Positions 28,586-39,911 are shown, counted from the stretch's first letter. The stretch is DNA of 64,000 nucleotides from Steroidobacteraceae bacterium (GCA_039917615.1 JBDSJD010000031.1:19718-83717); one strand, 5' to 3'. Made by a program: numbers and translations. Notes: a model not told the origin generated them from the letters alone.

Positions 28586-28648
28586 GTCGCTGGTCACTGC
28601 AACCCCTTAATAGAACCGCGATATGTGATCCGGAGAATGTGCGTCATT

Positions 28649-29167
28649 TCATCCTTCCCGCGCGACGCCGCGCTCGCGGCGCCACTCCATGAACGCTTCC
28701 AGCAGGATCAGGCCCGCGCCAACGGTGATACAACTGTCTGCGACATTGAACGCCGGGAACCAGGCGGAGTTCCAGTGCACGCCAACGAAGTCCACGACAT
28801 AGCCGAACCGCACGCGGTCGATGGCATTACCCAGCGCACCGCTGACGATCAGCATCAGACCTGCGCATTGCAGGCGCTGGGTCGCAGGCACACGCCGGAG
28901 AGCGGCAACGATCACGCCGCTGACCACGAGGGCCAATGTGGTGAAAACCCAGCGCTGCGCGCCACCAGGGATGTCGAGAAAGCTGAACGCGGCACCGTAG
29001 TTGCGCGCGTGCAGGAGATCGAGCACCGGCAGAATACGGATGGATTCGTGCAGCGCGAGCTCTGCTTGAACCAGCCACTTTGTGGCCTGATCCAGCAGCA
29101 GTGCGCCGATAGCGAGCGGCCACCAGGCCAGACCAGACTGCAACCTGTTGCCGCCAGATTCAGACAT
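28649..29167 (-). CDS. lspA: lipoprotein signal peptidase II
   Basis: [27 protein letters not shown] and FNVADSCI are LspA hallmarks. Confidence 0.95.
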   Translation of the reverse strand: MSESGGNRLQSGLAWWPLAIGALLLDQATKWLVQAELALHESIRILPVLDLLHARNYGAAFSFLDIPGGAQRWVFTTLALVVSGVIVAALRRVPATQRLQCAGLMLIVSGALGNAIDRVRFGYVVDFVGVHWNSAWFPAFNVADSCITVGAGLILLEAFMEWRRERGVAREG

Positions 29168-31988
29168 GACGCCTTACCTCCGGACGATCCGAGATATTGC
29201 CGGCGCAGCGGCCACAAAGCTCCGGATGCTCGGCGTCCGTGCCGACATCGTCGGTCAGATGCCAGCAGCGCACGCACTTGGTGCCCGGGCTGCGCTGCGC
29301 ACGCAGCCAGACACCAGGAATGACGGCTGTCCCCGTTTCGGCGGCGGTGACCCCGGCAGGCTCGGCTGACACCTTGTGGATGCGCATGGCGGAGGTGATC
29401 GTCAGGAAGCGCAGCTCCGTTCCGGTTGCGAGATAGCGACTGGCGTATTCGCGCAGGCAATACACATCGACTTCAGCCTCCAACGGCGCGCCGATGGTTC
29501 CCGCCTCGCGCAGTTTTTCCAGCTCCCGCTGCACGGCCTGCCGCAGCGCGATCAGTGCATCCCAGTCGATTTTGGATTCCGGCACCGCAGGATAATCATG
29601 CCACGCAGTCAGGAACACTGACTTTGGCGCCTGCGCGTATCCCGGCAGCGCTTTCCAGATTTCTTCAGCCGTGAACGAGAGAATCGGCGCCAGCCAGCGC
29701 ACCATTCCCTGCAGGATATGGAACATCGCAGTCTGGGCAGACCGGCGTGCATGCCCATCTGCCGGCGTCGTATACATGCGGTCTTTCAGCACATCAAGGT
29801 ACAGTCCACCCAGATCGTTCACGCAGAAATTATGCACCCGCTGATAGATCACGTGGAACTGGTAGTCCCGATAGGCAACCACCACTTCCTGCTGCAACGC
29901 CGCTGTGCGGCGCAGCACCCAGGCGTCGAAATCCACCAGCTGCTCCATGGGCACGGCATGCGCGGTAGGATCGAAGCCGTGCAGGTTGCCGAGCATGAAG
30001 CGCACCGTGTTGCGCATGCGCCGATATGAATCAGACATGCGCTTCAGGATCTCGTCCGAACAGCTCATCTCGCTCGTGTAGTCAGTTGCACTCACCCACA
30101 GGCGCAAAACATCCGCGCCCAGTGAATTCATCACCTTGTCGGGCGCCACCACATTGCCCAGTGACTTCGACATCTTGCGGCCCTTTTCATCCACGGTGAA
30201 CCCGTAGGTAAGCACGCTCTTGTAGGGCGCGCGCTCGTACAGCGCTTCAGACATCAGCAATGAGCTGTGAAACCAGCCGCGATGCTGGTCCGACCCTTCG
30301 AGGTACATTTCTACCGGCGCGGCAATTTCCGGACGCTCCTTGCCAACGCACTCGAAGCTGACGCCGGCGTCGACCCAGACGTCCATCACATCCGTGACCT
30401 TGTGATAGGTTTCGGCGTCGTCACCGATCAATTCGCGCGCGTCGAGGTCGAACCAGGCGTCGATGCCACCCACCTCCACGCGCCGAGCCACTTCTTCTAT
30501 GAGCTCTTCGGTGCGCGGATGCAGCGCGCTGGTCTCATTGTGAATGAACAATGCAATCGGCACACCCCAGGTGCGCTGGCGCGAAATACACCAGTCGGGA
30601 CGCGTCTCGATCATTCCCGCCATGCGCTGCTGCCCCCAGGCTGGAATCCACTTCACCCCGGGGATATCGCGCAGTGTGTTGCTGCGCAGGTTGTTCTGCT
30701 CCATCGAGATGAACCACTGCGGCGTGGCGCGGAAGATCACTGGAGTCTTGTGACGCCAGCAATGCGGATAGCTGTGCTGCACCGGGGCGTGTTGCAGCAG
30801 ATTGCCGCTGTCGGCCATCGTTTCGATGATGAGCTTGCTGGCGTCGTCGAGCTTCATGCCACCGACCAGAGGCGTATCCGCCTGGAACCGGCCATCGCCC
30901 AGCACCGGGTTGACGACTGGCAGGTTGTAGCGACGGCCAACGATGTAGTCATCCTGGCCGTGTGCAGGCGCCGTGTGCACGGCACCTGTGCCGGCCTCGA
31001 GCGTCACGTGATCACCGAGGATCGCCGGCACCCGTCGATCCTGAAAGGGATGTTGCAACTGCAGGCCTTCCAGCACGCGTCCCTCGAAGCGTGCCAGCTC
31101 GCGGGAGTTCTCCGCCCCATAACGCGCGAGACATGCTGCCGCGAGGCCCTCGGCCAGCACGACGCGTTCATTGCGATCGCCGTGTGTGAATTCAACGAGC
31201 ACGTACTGGAAATCCGCGCGTAGGGCCACCGCTTCGTTGGCAGGCAGCGTCCACGGCGTGGTGGTCCAGATCACCACCGAAGCCGGCACGGAAGCATCCA
31301 CGGCAACGCCGATGCGCTTGCCGAAGTCCGCAAGATCTGCAACCCGGAACGCGACGTCGATTGCGGGCGAAGTCTTGTCTTCGTACTCCACCTCGGCTTC
31401 GGCCAGCGCCGAGCGGCAGTCCAGGCACCAGTAGACCGGCTTCGCACCGCGGACCAGGTGCCCATTGCGGATCACCTTTCCGAGCGCGCGGATCTGCTGC
31501 GCCTCGAACTTCGGATCCATGGTGATGTACGGACGATCCCAGTCGCCCATCACGCCAAGGCGCTTGAAGTCGCGGCGCTGCAGCTCGACCTGCTCCGTGG
31601 CATATGCACGGCAGGCGGCGCGGAAAGCACGAGCGTCGAGTTTTTGCCCTACGCGTCCGTGTTTCTTTTCCACCTGTAGCTCGATCGGCAGGCCGTGGCA
31701 ATCCCAGCCAGGGATATAAGGCGAGTCGAAACCATCCAGCGTGCGGGACTTCACGATGAAGTCCTTCAGGATCTTATTGGCCGCGTGACCGATGTGAATC
31801 GCGCCGTTCGCATAGGGAGGGCCATCGTGCAGGACAAAACGCGGCCGACCTTTGGCGATACGCCGCAGTTCTCCGTAGACGTCGCCCTCTTCCCACCACT
31901 TCAACATTTCCGGCTCGCGCCGCGCCAGATCCGCTTTCATTGCGAAATCGGTCTGCGGCAAATTCACCGTCGTCTTGTAGTCAGCCAC
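29160..31988 (-). CDS. ileS: isoleucine--tRNA ligase
   Basis: 942 aa. HIGH ([12 protein letters not shown]), KMSKS (KMSKSLGN), and a C-terminal zinc-finger Cys cluster (CVRCWH...CGRC). Confidence 0.97.
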   Translation of the reverse strand: MADYKTTVNLPQTDFAMKADLARREPEMLKWWEEGDVYGELRRIAKGRPRFVLHDGPPYANGAIHIGHAANKILKDFIVKSRTLDGFDSPYIPGWDCHGLPIELQVEKKHGRVGQKLDARAFRAACRAYATEQVELQRRDFKRLGVMGDWDRPYITMDPKFEAQQIRALGKVIRNGHLVRGAKPVYWCLDCRSALAEAEVEYEDKTSPAIDVAFRVADLADFGKRIGVAVDASVPASVVIWTTTPWTLPANEAVALRADFQYVLVEFTHGDRNERVVLAEGLAAACLARYGAENSRELARFEGRVLEGLQLQHPFQDRRVPAILGDHVTLEAGTGAVHTAPAHGQDDYIVGRRYNLPVVNPVLGDGRFQADTPLVGGMKLDDASKLIIETMADSGNLLQHAPVQHSYPHCWRHKTPVIFRATPQWFISMEQNNLRSNTLRDIPGVKWIPAWGQQRMAGMIETRPDWCISRQRTWGVPIALFIHNETSALHPRTEELIEEVARRVEVGGIDAWFDLDARELIGDDAETYHKVTDVMDVWVDAGVSFECVGKERPEIAAPVEMYLEGSDQHRGWFHSSLLMSEALYERAPYKSVLTYGFTVDEKGRKMSKSLGNVVAPDKVMNSLGADVLRLWVSATDYTSEMSCSDEILKRMSDSYRRMRNTVRFMLGNLHGFDPTAHAVPMEQLVDFDAWVLRRTAALQQEVVVAYRDYQFHVIYQRVHNFCVNDLGGLYLDVLKDRMYTTPADGHARRSAQTAMFHILQGMVRWLAPILSFTAEEIWKALPGYAQAPKSVFLTAWHDYPAVPESKIDWDALIALRQAVQRELEKLREAGTIGAPLEAEVDVYCLREYASRYLATGTELRFLTITSAMRIHKVSAEPAGVTAAETGTAVIPGVWLRAQRSPGTKCVRCWHLTDDVGTDAEHPELCGRCAGNISDRPEVRRHV

Positions 31989-31991
31989 TCG

Positions 31992-32945
31992 TCACCCTTC
32001 TTTAGCCATATCTGCCAGCACCACTCGCGCGGCGTCGGCATCGCGATGTATCTGCTCCACCATCGCGTCCACAGTGTCAAAGCGCAGCTCGTCCCGCAGC
32101 CGCGCCACAAATTCCACTTCTATTTCGCGGCCATAGAGATCGCCGGCAAAATCGAACACATGCGCCTCGAGCAGGGGTGTGACCCCGCCGATCGTGGGAC
32201 GCGTGCCGAGGCTCGCCACCCCCGCCAGCGCCGAATCCGGGCCATACCCATTGCCCACGCCGCGCACCCGGACTGCAAAGATACCGTTCATCGGGGCCTG
32301 GCGTCGCGCCAGCCGCAGATTGGCGGTGGGATAGCCCAGTTTGCGGCCCAGCTGCTCACCCTGAATTACCCGACCTCGCATGGAATAACGACGCCCGAGC
32401 AGGCGCGCGGCTGTCTGCAGATCACCGGCAGCGAGCGCAGCACGAGTCACACCGCTGCCAATACGCACACCATCGGCCAGCAGTGGCTGAACCACATCAA
32501 CGGCAAGGCCCAACGCGGAACCCTCGCGCAGAAACCAGTCGGCGCGGGCCTCGCCCCGGTAGCCCGCCCGAAAGTCATGCCCGATGACAACGCCCTGCAC
32601 CCCGCCGGCAACCAGCATCTGCGCAAAAGCCGCGGCGCTCATCCGGCGCAGGCGGTCGTTGAACTGCAGTGCGCAGAACACATCCGGGCCATCCTGTTCC
32701 AGCAAGCGCCATCGCTCGCGGAAATTGGTGAGTCGGGCTGGCGGGCTATCGGGGGCGAAATATTCCTTCGGCAGCGGCTCAAAGGTCAGCACCATGCTCT
32801 GCAGATCGCGATCCCGTGCCTGCGTGCGCGCGCGCTCGATCAGCAGCCGATGCCCCAGATGAATTCCGTCGAAGCCGCCGATCGTCGCGATGTAGCCGCG
32901 GCCCGCGCATGTATGATTATCCAGCCGCCGCAGAAGCCGCATCAC
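31992..32945 (-). CDS. ribF: bifunctional riboflavin kinase / FMN adenylyltransferase
   Basis: IGGFDGIHLGHRLL, FEPLPKEYF, GYPTANL and the LEAHVFDF..DLYG motifs. Confidence 0.95.
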   Translation of the reverse strand: MMRLLRRLDNHTCAGRGYIATIGGFDGIHLGHRLLIERARTQARDRDLQSMVLTFEPLPKEYFAPDSPPARLTNFRERWRLLEQDGPDVFCALQFNDRLRRMSAAAFAQMLVAGGVQGVVIGHDFRAGYRGEARADWFLREGSALGLAVDVVQPLLADGVRIGSGVTRAALAAGDLQTAARLLGRRYSMRGRVIQGEQLGRKLGYPTANLRLARRQAPMNGIFAVRVRGVGNGYGPDSALAGVASLGTRPTIGGVTPLLEAHVFDFAGDLYGREIEVEFVARLRDELRFDTVDAMVEQIHRDADAARVVLADMAKEG

Positions 32946-34513
32946 GACACCGCCGAACGCATATGCCGGTAGCGCATGCCGAGCACGTACAGCACCGCGA
33001 AATACACCACCGCACCCAGGACGATGCTGCCCCCTCCGCGCAGCACACGCTCAAGGAAGGGCAACTGCGCCCACACGAGCGTGTCGCCAGCCAGCCACCA
33101 CAACAACGCGCCCATCACCGCATTGGCGAGCAGCACACGCGCCAGAAACCGCGACCAGCCGGCGGAATGCTGCAGCACGCCTTCACGCACCAGTCCGCGC
33201 CATAACCACCAGGTGTTCAGCGCCGCGCCGACGCAGGTGGAAGTAGCGATCAGGGTGTGCGGGTTGGGGATGGGGACCTTTGCCACTACCACCAGCAGCG
33301 CCACCAGCGCATTCAGCGACATCGACACCGCCAGCGCAGTCATCGCGATCCGCACCGGGCGCTTCGTGTTCTGCCGCGCGTAGTAACCAGGCACCAGCAC
33401 CTTCACGAAACTGAAACCGAGCAGACCCCATGAATAGGCCATGAGTGCGTAGCTGGTCTTCTGCACATCCTCGGGACTGAACGCCCGATAGCCGAAGATC
33501 ATCGCAGTCATCGGCCCGGCGAAACACAGCATGCCCACCGCAGCCGGGGATGCCAGCAGCAACACCAGCCGCAGCGCCCAATCCAGCGTCGCCGAGAACT
33601 GCGCCATCGACTTTGCAGCATGATTCGCCGAGAGTCCCGGAAGAATGACCGTGGCCAGCGCGATGCTGAACACGCCCAGCGGAAACTCCATCAACCTATC
33701 GGCCACGTACAACCAGCTGACACTGCCAGTCACCAGGGAGGTGGCGACCAGCGTATCCAGCAGCAGACTGATCTGCGCCATGGACGACCCGACAATTCCG
33801 GGCACCATCAATCTGGCGATGCGACGCACTCCGTCGAGCGCTGGCCGCCAACGCGGCAAGGACAGCAGGCGAAGCCTGGCCACCGAAGGCAACTGGAACA
33901 CCAGCTGGATCACGCCTGATACGAACACGCCCACCGATAGCACCAGGCCAGGGTTGTCGCTGCCGGCAGCGAAAAACACCGCGGCAAGAATCATCACGGC
34001 GTTCATCACAACCTGCGTGAATGCAGGAATGAAAAAACGGCCATAGCTGTTCAAAACGCCGGAAAACAGCGACACCATCGAAATGAAGAACAGGTAGGGG
34101 AACGTCCACCGCAGCATCTGAACGGCAAGCGTGTATTCGCCAGCACCGCTTAGCGCCCATCTCGGCGCGAACAGGAAGATGATCAGCGGCGCGGCGATCA
34201 CGCCGATGGCGCTGACCACCAGGAGCACAGTGCCCAGCGTCCCCGCCACTCCGGCAACCAGCTCGCGTACCTGATCGTGCTCGCGCTGGGTCCTGTACTC
34301 GGAAATGACCGGCACGAAGGACTGCGAAAACGCACCCTCGGCAAACAACCGGCGCAGGAAGTTCGGAATCTTGAAGGCCACGAGGAAGGCATCCGAAACG
34401 ATGCCCACACCCAGCGCCTGCACCATGAATGTATCGCGCAGCAGCCCGGTGATCCGCGACAGCAGGGTGGCAAACCCGGTGGTCGTCGTGCTCTTTAACA
34501 AGGGGCGGCTCAT
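32942..34513 (-). CDS. murJ: lipid II flippase MurJ (MviN)
   Basis: 523 aa with 14 TM-like segments. N-terminal SRITGLLRDTFMVQALGVGIVSDAFLVAFKIPNFLRRLFAEGAFSQSFVP is a classic MurJ N-terminus. Confidence 0.95.
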   Translation of the reverse strand: MSRPLLKSTTTTGFATLLSRITGLLRDTFMVQALGVGIVSDAFLVAFKIPNFLRRLFAEGAFSQSFVPVISEYRTQREHDQVRELVAGVAGTLGTVLLVVSAIGVIAAPLIIFLFAPRWALSGAGEYTLAVQMLRWTFPYLFFISMVSLFSGVLNSYGRFFIPAFTQVVMNAVMILAAVFFAAGSDNPGLVLSVGVFVSGVIQLVFQLPSVARLRLLSLPRWRPALDGVRRIARLMVPGIVGSSMAQISLLLDTLVATSLVTGSVSWLYVADRLMEFPLGVFSIALATVILPGLSANHAAKSMAQFSATLDWALRLVLLLASPAAVGMLCFAGPMTAMIFGYRAFSPEDVQKTSYALMAYSWGLLGFSFVKVLVPGYYARQNTKRPVRIAMTALAVSMSLNALVALLVVVAKVPIPNPHTLIATSTCVGAALNTWWLWRGLVREGVLQHSAGWSRFLARVLLANAVMGALLWWLAGDTLVWAQLPFLERVLRGGGSIVLGAVVYFAVLYVLGMRYRHMRSAVS

Positions 34514-34620
34514 CGCCGCGGCAGCCTAGCAGAATGGGTCCCGTCAGGTTGACTTCCGCCCTGCCCCTGCCCACACTACGCGGCCCTGAAACTGAAGGGC
34601 TTTTGGCGGAGAATTCGAGA

Positions 34621-34893
34621 GTGGCGAATACCAAGTCAGCGGAAAAAGCATCCCGGCAAGCGGTCAAGCACCGGACGGCCAATGTCGCCCTGCGCTCACG
34701 TCTGCGCAGTGCCATCCGCAAGTCGGTAGACACCGCTGCCGCCGGCAAGAAGGACGAGGCCATCGCCGCTTTCAAGGCCGCTCAGCCCGTCATCGATGCG
34801 ATGGTCAACAAGGGCCTGATCCACCGCAACAAGGCCGCCCGGCACAAGAGCCGCCTGAATGCCAAGGTCAAGGCTGCAGCCGCGAAGGGCTGA
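34621..34893 (+). CDS. rpsT: 30S ribosomal protein S20
   Basis: GTG start at 34621 gives (M)ANTKSAEKASRQAVKHRTANVALRSRLR, about 90 aa. The ORF-track start at 34534 is an upstream extension. Confidence 0.93.
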   Translation: MANTKSAEKASRQAVKHRTANVALRSRLRSAIRKSVDTAAAGKKDEAIAAFKAAQPVIDAMVNKGLIHRNKAARHKSRLNAKVKAAAAKG

Positions 34894-34915
34894 AGTCTTT
34901 CGAACATGAATCCCC

Positions 34916-34942
34916 ATCAGGCCCGCCTCGCGCGGGCCTGAT
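34916..34942. terminator. GC-rich hairpin between convergent rpsT and obg (bidirectional terminator candidate)
   Basis: atcaggcccgc (34916-34926) pairs with gcgggcctgat (34932-34942) across a 5-nt loop, followed by cattt. It touches the obg stop codon. Confidence 0.55.
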
Positions 34943-36150
34943 CATTTCGGGCGCGCTGATTTCTTCTTCGACTTGCTGGCCTTGCGCTTTGCCGCCGCAG
35001 GTCGGGAGCTCCTGCTGCCCGCAGGCTTGCGCGCCTTGTTCCGCGCCTCGGTCTTCACAGACGCCTTTCTGGCCGGCGCAACCCTGGCCACCGCCTTCGG
35101 CAGCTCGTGCCCGCCGGTGATCTGCGATTCGCGACCCGCGGCCACATCTTCCAGCAGCGTCATGATGGCCTGGCACAGCGGCCGCGTACCCTCGCCCGTA
35201 GCGCCAGAGATCAGGAACACCGGCCCGTTGAAACGCAGCTTCTTCACGATCTGCGCGGCCAGCGCCTTCGCTTCAGGCTCTGGCAGAAGGTCCATCTTGT
35301 TCAGGATCAGCCAGCGCGGCTTCAGCGCCAGGTCGGCGCTGTACTTCTTCAATTCCTCGACAATATTCTTCGCATCCTGCACCGGATCTGCATCCGGATC
35401 GGGTGGCGCGATGTCGATGAGATGCAGCAGCACGCGAGTGCGCTGCAGATGCTTCAGGAACCTGTGCCCGAGACCCGCGCCCTCAGCAGCGCCTTCGATA
35501 AGCCCAGGAATATCCGCCATCACGAAGCTGCGGTGTTCGCCCACATCGACCACACCCAGATTCGGGTAGAGGGTGGTGAAGGGATAGTCCGCCACGCGTG
35601 GCTTTGCTGCAGACACCGCACGGATCAGCGTGGATTTGCCGGCATTGGGAAGGCCCAGCAGCCCCACATCGGCAATGACCTTCATCTCGAAGTTCAGCGT
35701 GCGCTGTTCGCCCGGCAGACCTGAGCCGAACTGGCGCGGCGCGCGATTGGTGCTGGACTTGAACCTGGTGTTACCGAAGCCACCCTTGCCGCCCTCCGCT
35801 ACTTTCAGCGTCTGGCCGGCCACTTTCATGTCGCCCAGCTGCTCGCCGGTCTCGGCATCGCTGACCGTCGTGCCAACGGGAACGTCGACGTAGAGATCCT
35901 CACCGCTGCGCCCCGTGCAGTCATTGCCCGAGCCGGTGTCGCCATTCTTCCCCTTGAAGGTGCGCCGGAAGCGGAAGTCCGCGAGTGTATTGATGCCATC
36001 CTTCGCCAGCAGATACACGCTGCCGCCGTGGCCACCATCGCCACCGTCCGGTCCGCCAAAGGGGATGGATTTCTCACGCCGGAAACCTACGCAACCGCGC
36101 CCACCGTTGCCGGCATGGACCTTGACGGTCGCTTCGTCAACAAACTTCAT
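34942..36150 (-). CDS. obgE: GTPase ObgE/CgtA
   Basis: Trimmed to ATG 36150 ([27 protein letters not shown]). G1 motif GLPNAGKST and G3 motif DIPGLIEGA. Lys/Arg-rich C-terminal tail. Confidence 0.95.
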   Translation of the reverse strand: MKFVDEATVKVHAGNGGRGCVGFRREKSIPFGGPDGGDGGHGGSVYLLAKDGINTLADFRFRRTFKGKNGDTGSGNDCTGRSGEDLYVDVPVGTTVSDAETGEQLGDMKVAGQTLKVAEGGKGGFGNTRFKSSTNRAPRQFGSGLPGEQRTLNFEMKVIADVGLLGLPNAGKSTLIRAVSAAKPRVADYPFTTLYPNLGVVDVGEHRSFVMADIPGLIEGAAEGAGLGHRFLKHLQRTRVLLHLIDIAPPDPDADPVQDAKNIVEELKKYSADLALKPRWLILNKMDLLPEPEAKALAAQIVKKLRFNGPVFLISGATGEGTRPLCQAIMTLLEDVAAGRESQITGGHELPKAVARVAPARKASVKTEARNKARKPAGSRSSRPAAAKRKASKSKKKSARPK

Positions 36151-36246
36151 GCGGAATATCCTGCCTGGGAAATATGGAGGCTCAAGACGCAAAACCCCGG
36201 CGCGGTGGCCGGGGTCTCGTGCGATCAACCAGCGCGAGGCGCCGGT

Positions 36247-36504
36247 TTACGCGGGGATCACGCTCACGAAGGTGCGGCCATCCGCGCCCTTCTTGTCGAA
36301 CTGCACCTTGCCGGTGACGCGTGCAAACAGCGTGTGATCGGTGCCAACGCCCACGCCCGTACCCGCACGCATCGGCGTGCCGCGCTGGCGCACCAGGATG
36401 TTGCCGGCCAGCACTGTCTCGCCGCCGAAGCGCTTCACGCCCAGGCGCTTGCTGTGGGAATCGCGACCGTTACGGGTACTGCCGCCTGCTTTCTTGTGTG
36501 CCAT
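36247..36504 (-). CDS. rpmA: 50S ribosomal protein L27
   Basis: [28 protein letters not shown]... Confidence 0.97.
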   Translation of the reverse strand: MAHKKAGGSTRNGRDSHSKRLGVKRFGGETVLAGNILVRQRGTPMRAGTGVGVGTDHTLFARVTGKVQFDKKGADGRTFVSVIPA

Positions 36505-36518
36505 GGCTCAATGTCTCC

Positions 36519-36827
36519 TTATGCAATGCCCGTGATCTTCACCAGCGTGTACTGCTGGCGATGATTGCCGGCACGCTTGTAGTGCTTGCGGCGACGGAAC
36601 TTCACAATCACTTTCTTTTCGCCCTGGCCGTGGCTTTCCACGGTGGCGCTGACCTTCGCGCCTGCAACCAGCGGCGTGCCGACCTTGAAGTTCGCGCCAT
36701 CAGCAACGAGCAGCACTTCATCGAACGAAATGGTCGAGCCAGCCGCTGCGTCGAGTTTCTCGACCTTCAGCAGGCTGTCTTTCTCAACCCGGTACTGCTT
36801 GCCACCTGTGGCAATTACGGCGTACAT
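36519..36827 (-). CDS. rplU: 50S ribosomal protein L21
   Basis: Trimmed to ATG 36827: MYAVIATGGKQYRVEKDSLLKVEKL... Confidence 0.95.
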   Translation of the reverse strand: MYAVIATGGKQYRVEKDSLLKVEKLDAAAGSTISFDEVLLVADGANFKVGTPLVAGAKVSATVESHGQGEKKVIVKFRRRKHYKRAGNHRQQYTLVKITGIA

Positions 36828-36994
36828 CTGCGGCGGACTCCCATCGGAAAGGCCGCGCATTCTAATGGTCCAGGCAGCTTGGGTCAAACCCGCAATGTCG
36901 CTGTTTTCCTCCGGTCAAACAGCCACTTGGGCACAGGCCCCCGCGCGCTTGCTGGTACCATTCGCCGCGGTTTTTTGCCGGTTGGGATGGCCAG

Positions 36995-37987
36995 ATGACG
37001 TTGGACGAGATACGCGCGCTGGTGGCGGCCGACCTTGTAGCCGTGGACAGCGTGATCCGCACCCGCCTCGAGAGCAAGGTGCCCCTGGTCAGCCAGGTGG
37101 CCGGGCACATCGTTGCCGGCGGTGGCAAGCGCCTGCGGCCGCTAATCGTGCTGCTTTGCGCCCATGCGGCAGCTGGCGGCCGTCCTCCCGGCACCCGACA
37201 CCTGGAAGCCGCCGGATTCATCGAGTTCATTCATACCGCCACCCTGCTGCACGATGACGTCGTGGACCATTCGCGGCTGCGTCGCGGCCGCGAAACCGCC
37301 AACACGCTGTTCGGCAACGAAGCCAGCGTGCTGGTGGGCGATTTCGTCTATTCCCGTGCCTTCCAGATGATGGCCTCGCTCGGCGTGCAGCGCGTCATGG
37401 AGATCATGGCCAATGCCACCAATGTGATCGCCGAGGGCGAGGTGCTGCAGCTGATGAATGCGCAGGACCCCGACACCACCGAGGAACGGTATCTGGAGGT
37501 TATTTACCGCAAGACGGCGCAGCTGTTCGAGGCCGGTGCCGAGGTGGCGGCGGTGCTAGCTGGCGGCTCGCCTGAGACACAGCGCGCCCTGGCGGCTTAT
37601 GGCAAGCATCTCGGTACGGCCTTCCAGCTCATTGATGACGTACTGGACTACCGGTCAGACCCTGCGACCCGCGGCAAGAACCTGGGCGAGGATCTGGCGG
37701 AGGGGAAGATGACGCTGCCGCTGATCCATGCGTTGCGGAAAGCTGCGGGCGAAGACCGGGAGCTGATCCGCGCCGCCATCAAGAGTGCTGGAAACGAAGA
37801 TGAGGCCGAACCGGATTTGCCGCGGATCATCGACTGCATCGAGTCCAGCGGCGGGATTGAATACACCCGGGAGCGCGCGCTGGCCGAATCGCGCGCAGCA
37901 GCAAGTGAGCTGGGCCCGGTACCGAATTCGCCCTATCGGGATGCCCTGGCGGCACTGGCGCAAGTCGCCGTGCAACGAGATCGGTGA
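36995..37987 (+). CDS. ispB: octaprenyl-diphosphate synthase (trans-polyprenyl diphosphate synthase)
   Basis: First DDxxD motif (LLHDDVVDHS) and second (QLIDDVLDY). GKRLRP motif present. Confidence 0.93.
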   Translation: MTLDEIRALVAADLVAVDSVIRTRLESKVPLVSQVAGHIVAGGGKRLRPLIVLLCAHAAAGGRPPGTRHLEAAGFIEFIHTATLLHDDVVDHSRLRRGRETANTLFGNEASVLVGDFVYSRAFQMMASLGVQRVMEIMANATNVIAEGEVLQLMNAQDPDTTEERYLEVIYRKTAQLFEAGAEVAAVLAGGSPETQRALAAYGKHLGTAFQLIDDVLDYRSDPATRGKNLGEDLAEGKMTLPLIHALRKAAGEDRELIRAAIKSAGNEDEAEPDLPRIIDCIESSGGIEYTRERALAESRAAASELGPVPNSPYRDALAALAQVAVQRDR

Positions 37988-38029
37988 CAGCGGCGCCGTG
38001 CCTCGCTTAGACTTCCGCGCCCACGCTGT

Positions 38030-38106
38030 CGGGATGTAGCTCAGCCTGGTAGAGCACTACGTTCGGGACGTAGGGGTCGCAGGTTCAATTCCTGTCATCC
38101 CGACCA
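38030..38106 (+). tRNA. tRNA-Pro (anticodon CGG)
   Basis: Hand fold: CGGGATG-TA-GCTC-AGCCTGGTA-GAGC-A-CTACG-TTCGGGA-CGTAG-GGGTC-GCAGG-TTCAATT-CCTGT-CATCCCG-A-CCA. It is 77 nt. Confidence 0.9.
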
Positions 38107-38214
38107 TGTATCCCGGTGATTTTATGGGGACTTTGCGATTCCAATCGCATCGCCCCCGGGGACGAGCCCCCCCTTGGCACGCAGCCGGAACGCGGCGGCT
38201 CTTGTAAAGAATCT

Positions 38215-39567
38215 CTACGCGATAGCTGCTTGGAAGCGACGAACTTGACTCCGCACTCCACTGCAAATTGTCGCGAAGACTCGTTCCGAAAAGTCTGCGG
38301 GTAGCAAGCCCTGCACACGGCCAAGTGCGGGCTCAACAGAGTCAACGTGTTCTTGCATGCGCTCCCACAAGCCCATCACCCCAGCGCTTCGTGCAAGCGC
38401 CTCCCAATGCCGAGTCTGAATTTCACTGATTCGATAGTGCGCATTTTCACTCCTCAAGGCCATTGCCAATTTCGCCTTCTCCAAGGGCAACTCGTTCTTG
38501 CCGTGACCTATGACAGGCCACGCTGAGAGGACATCATAAAATGGAGTCATTTCGTACGCGCCACCTACCCCATGATGCAGTGAAAAATTCTTGCCATGTC
38601 CATCCGTTGCGGCCAATAGCCAAAATGTCAGTTGCGCCAGCACAAAATTTGCCTGGTCACTTGCTGCATTCGCACTGAAGGCAAGGAGAGTCAGAATCTC
38701 CGCAATCGAAGGACCTCCATCTGCCTCATATTTTCTCGTCGACGGACGCCCCGTTGCTTGGCAGAAATCTTCTTGCGGCAGCCGTGCAATCCAGTGGTCA
38801 GCCGATGGCTTGTATTGGTCGTTCCGCTCAGCGCCTTCAGCCACGCCAATCCAACGTCGATCAAACCGCTTTACGACCAACACTCGCTGCTCACCGAACG
38901 TTCCAATCGTCGATTCGGCAACAGGAAGACCGAGTTCATGCAGAATTTTCCCGCATAGCCACTCGTTTTCTACGGAATCAGAGAAGTCCCCTCGAAATCC
39001 CCCGATCACTCCTAGTGGGAGTTTGAAAATGTGAGTAGTGGGAGTGGCATGTCGTGGGCGAAACCATTTTCCTGCCATCCCAAGGAATGCCGTTTTCTCC
39101 TGAGCACCTGCCAAAGACATGCGGAAGTCATCTTCCTCATCGCGACGCAGAGACGTTCCAGCCGTTACCTCGCGAAGTGCGGTGTCAACTTCCTCGTCGG
39201 TAAGTAACTCCGCATCGATTCGGTTCCAACCTGTTGGCTCTTCATTGGGCGGCACCAGCTGCACTGCTCCGGCACAGTCGCGCCCTATAGCTGCCAGAAG
39301 ATCAAAAGTACTCGATGACGATGTCTTGAATCGGGTACGGATACGGCGGCGGATTTCCGGATTATCAGGCAGCAGGTTCTCAAAATAGTTTTCGACTGCC
39401 TCGCCTCTCAACTCGAGGTCTGCAGTCAGCGGTAATGAGATCGAGAGCGCGCGCGCGCGCGAAGAGTCTGCCCACGATTTGGCATAACGAAAGAAAGGGT
39501 TCCCACCCCGGAGTGTTCCCCACTCTCCTACTCTTTCGCCATTCATCCAAACATTCAACGAAGCCAT
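38215..39567 (-). CDS. hipA: type II toxin HipA (Ser/Thr kinase)
   Basis: N-terminal HipA coupling domain (NYFENLLPDN, LAAIGRDCAGAV, LAGAQEKTA). Kinase core with TDGHGKNFSL. Confidence 0.9.
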   Translation of the reverse strand: MASLNVWMNGERVGEWGTLRGGNPFFRYAKSWADSSRARALSISLPLTADLELRGEAVENYFENLLPDNPEIRRRIRTRFKTSSSSTFDLLAAIGRDCAGAVQLVPPNEEPTGWNRIDAELLTDEEVDTALREVTAGTSLRRDEEDDFRMSLAGAQEKTAFLGMAGKWFRPRHATPTTHIFKLPLGVIGGFRGDFSDSVENEWLCGKILHELGLPVAESTIGTFGEQRVLVVKRFDRRWIGVAEGAERNDQYKPSADHWIARLPQEDFCQATGRPSTRKYEADGGPSIAEILTLLAFSANAASDQANFVLAQLTFWLLAATDGHGKNFSLHHGVGGAYEMTPFYDVLSAWPVIGHGKNELPLEKAKLAMALRSENAHYRISEIQTRHWEALARSAGVMGLWERMQEHVDSVEPALGRVQGLLPADFSERVFATICSGVRSQVRRFQAAIA

Positions 39568-39574
39568 TAAGGCG

Positions 39575-39829
39575 TCACCAGTCTGTCCGCGTGTCTTGGG
39601 AGGCAGGCCCTGGGAACTGCTCTAGTAGAATTCGGACCCGCAGCGCGGTCAGTAGCTGCATCAACTGACCGATGCTTATGAGGCTAGGGTCGCGCTCAAT
39701 TTTGGCAATTCGCGTCTGGTCGAGACCCACGAGGACACCTAACTGCGCTTGGGTCAATTGCCTGGCTTTTCGCAGGGACTTCAGGTGTGCCGTTAGCTGA
39801 GCGGGGGTTTGGAGTATTAGCCTTCTCAT
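39575..39829 (-). CDS. hipB: XRE-family HTH antitoxin HipB
   Basis: Trimmed to ATG 39829. HTH LTQAQLGVLVGLDQTRIAKIERD. Its stop lies 7 nt upstream of the hipA start. Confidence 0.8.
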   Translation of the reverse strand: MRRLILQTPAQLTAHLKSLRKARQLTQAQLGVLVGLDQTRIAKIERDPSLISIGQLMQLLTALRVRILLEQFPGPASQDTRTDW

Positions 39830-39832
39830 TGG

Positions 39833-39911
39833 CGCAATATATGCCTCTGGAGACATATACGCAATATATGCCTTATGAATACTTTTTTGAATTAATGCCT
39901 TGAAAGGCATT
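39833..39911 (-). promoter_or_regulatory. repeat-rich hipBA upstream region (operator candidates)
   Basis: The 14-nt direct repeat cgcaatatatgcct occurs at 39833-39846 and again at 39860-39873. An 8+8 palindrome, aatgcctt-ga-aaggcatt, lies at 39894-39911. All three share the ATGCCT core. Confidence 0.35.

Noticed and set aside
31695-32972. 425-aa plus-strand ORF
   Set aside because: It is antisense to ribF and the 5' end of ileS, is low-complexity, and has no motifs. I treat it as a high-GC shadow ORF.
33696-34775. 359-aa minus-strand ORF spanning murJ and the rpsT region
   Set aside because: It is out of frame with murJ and runs antisense through rpsT. Its composition is typical of an off-frame high-GC translation.
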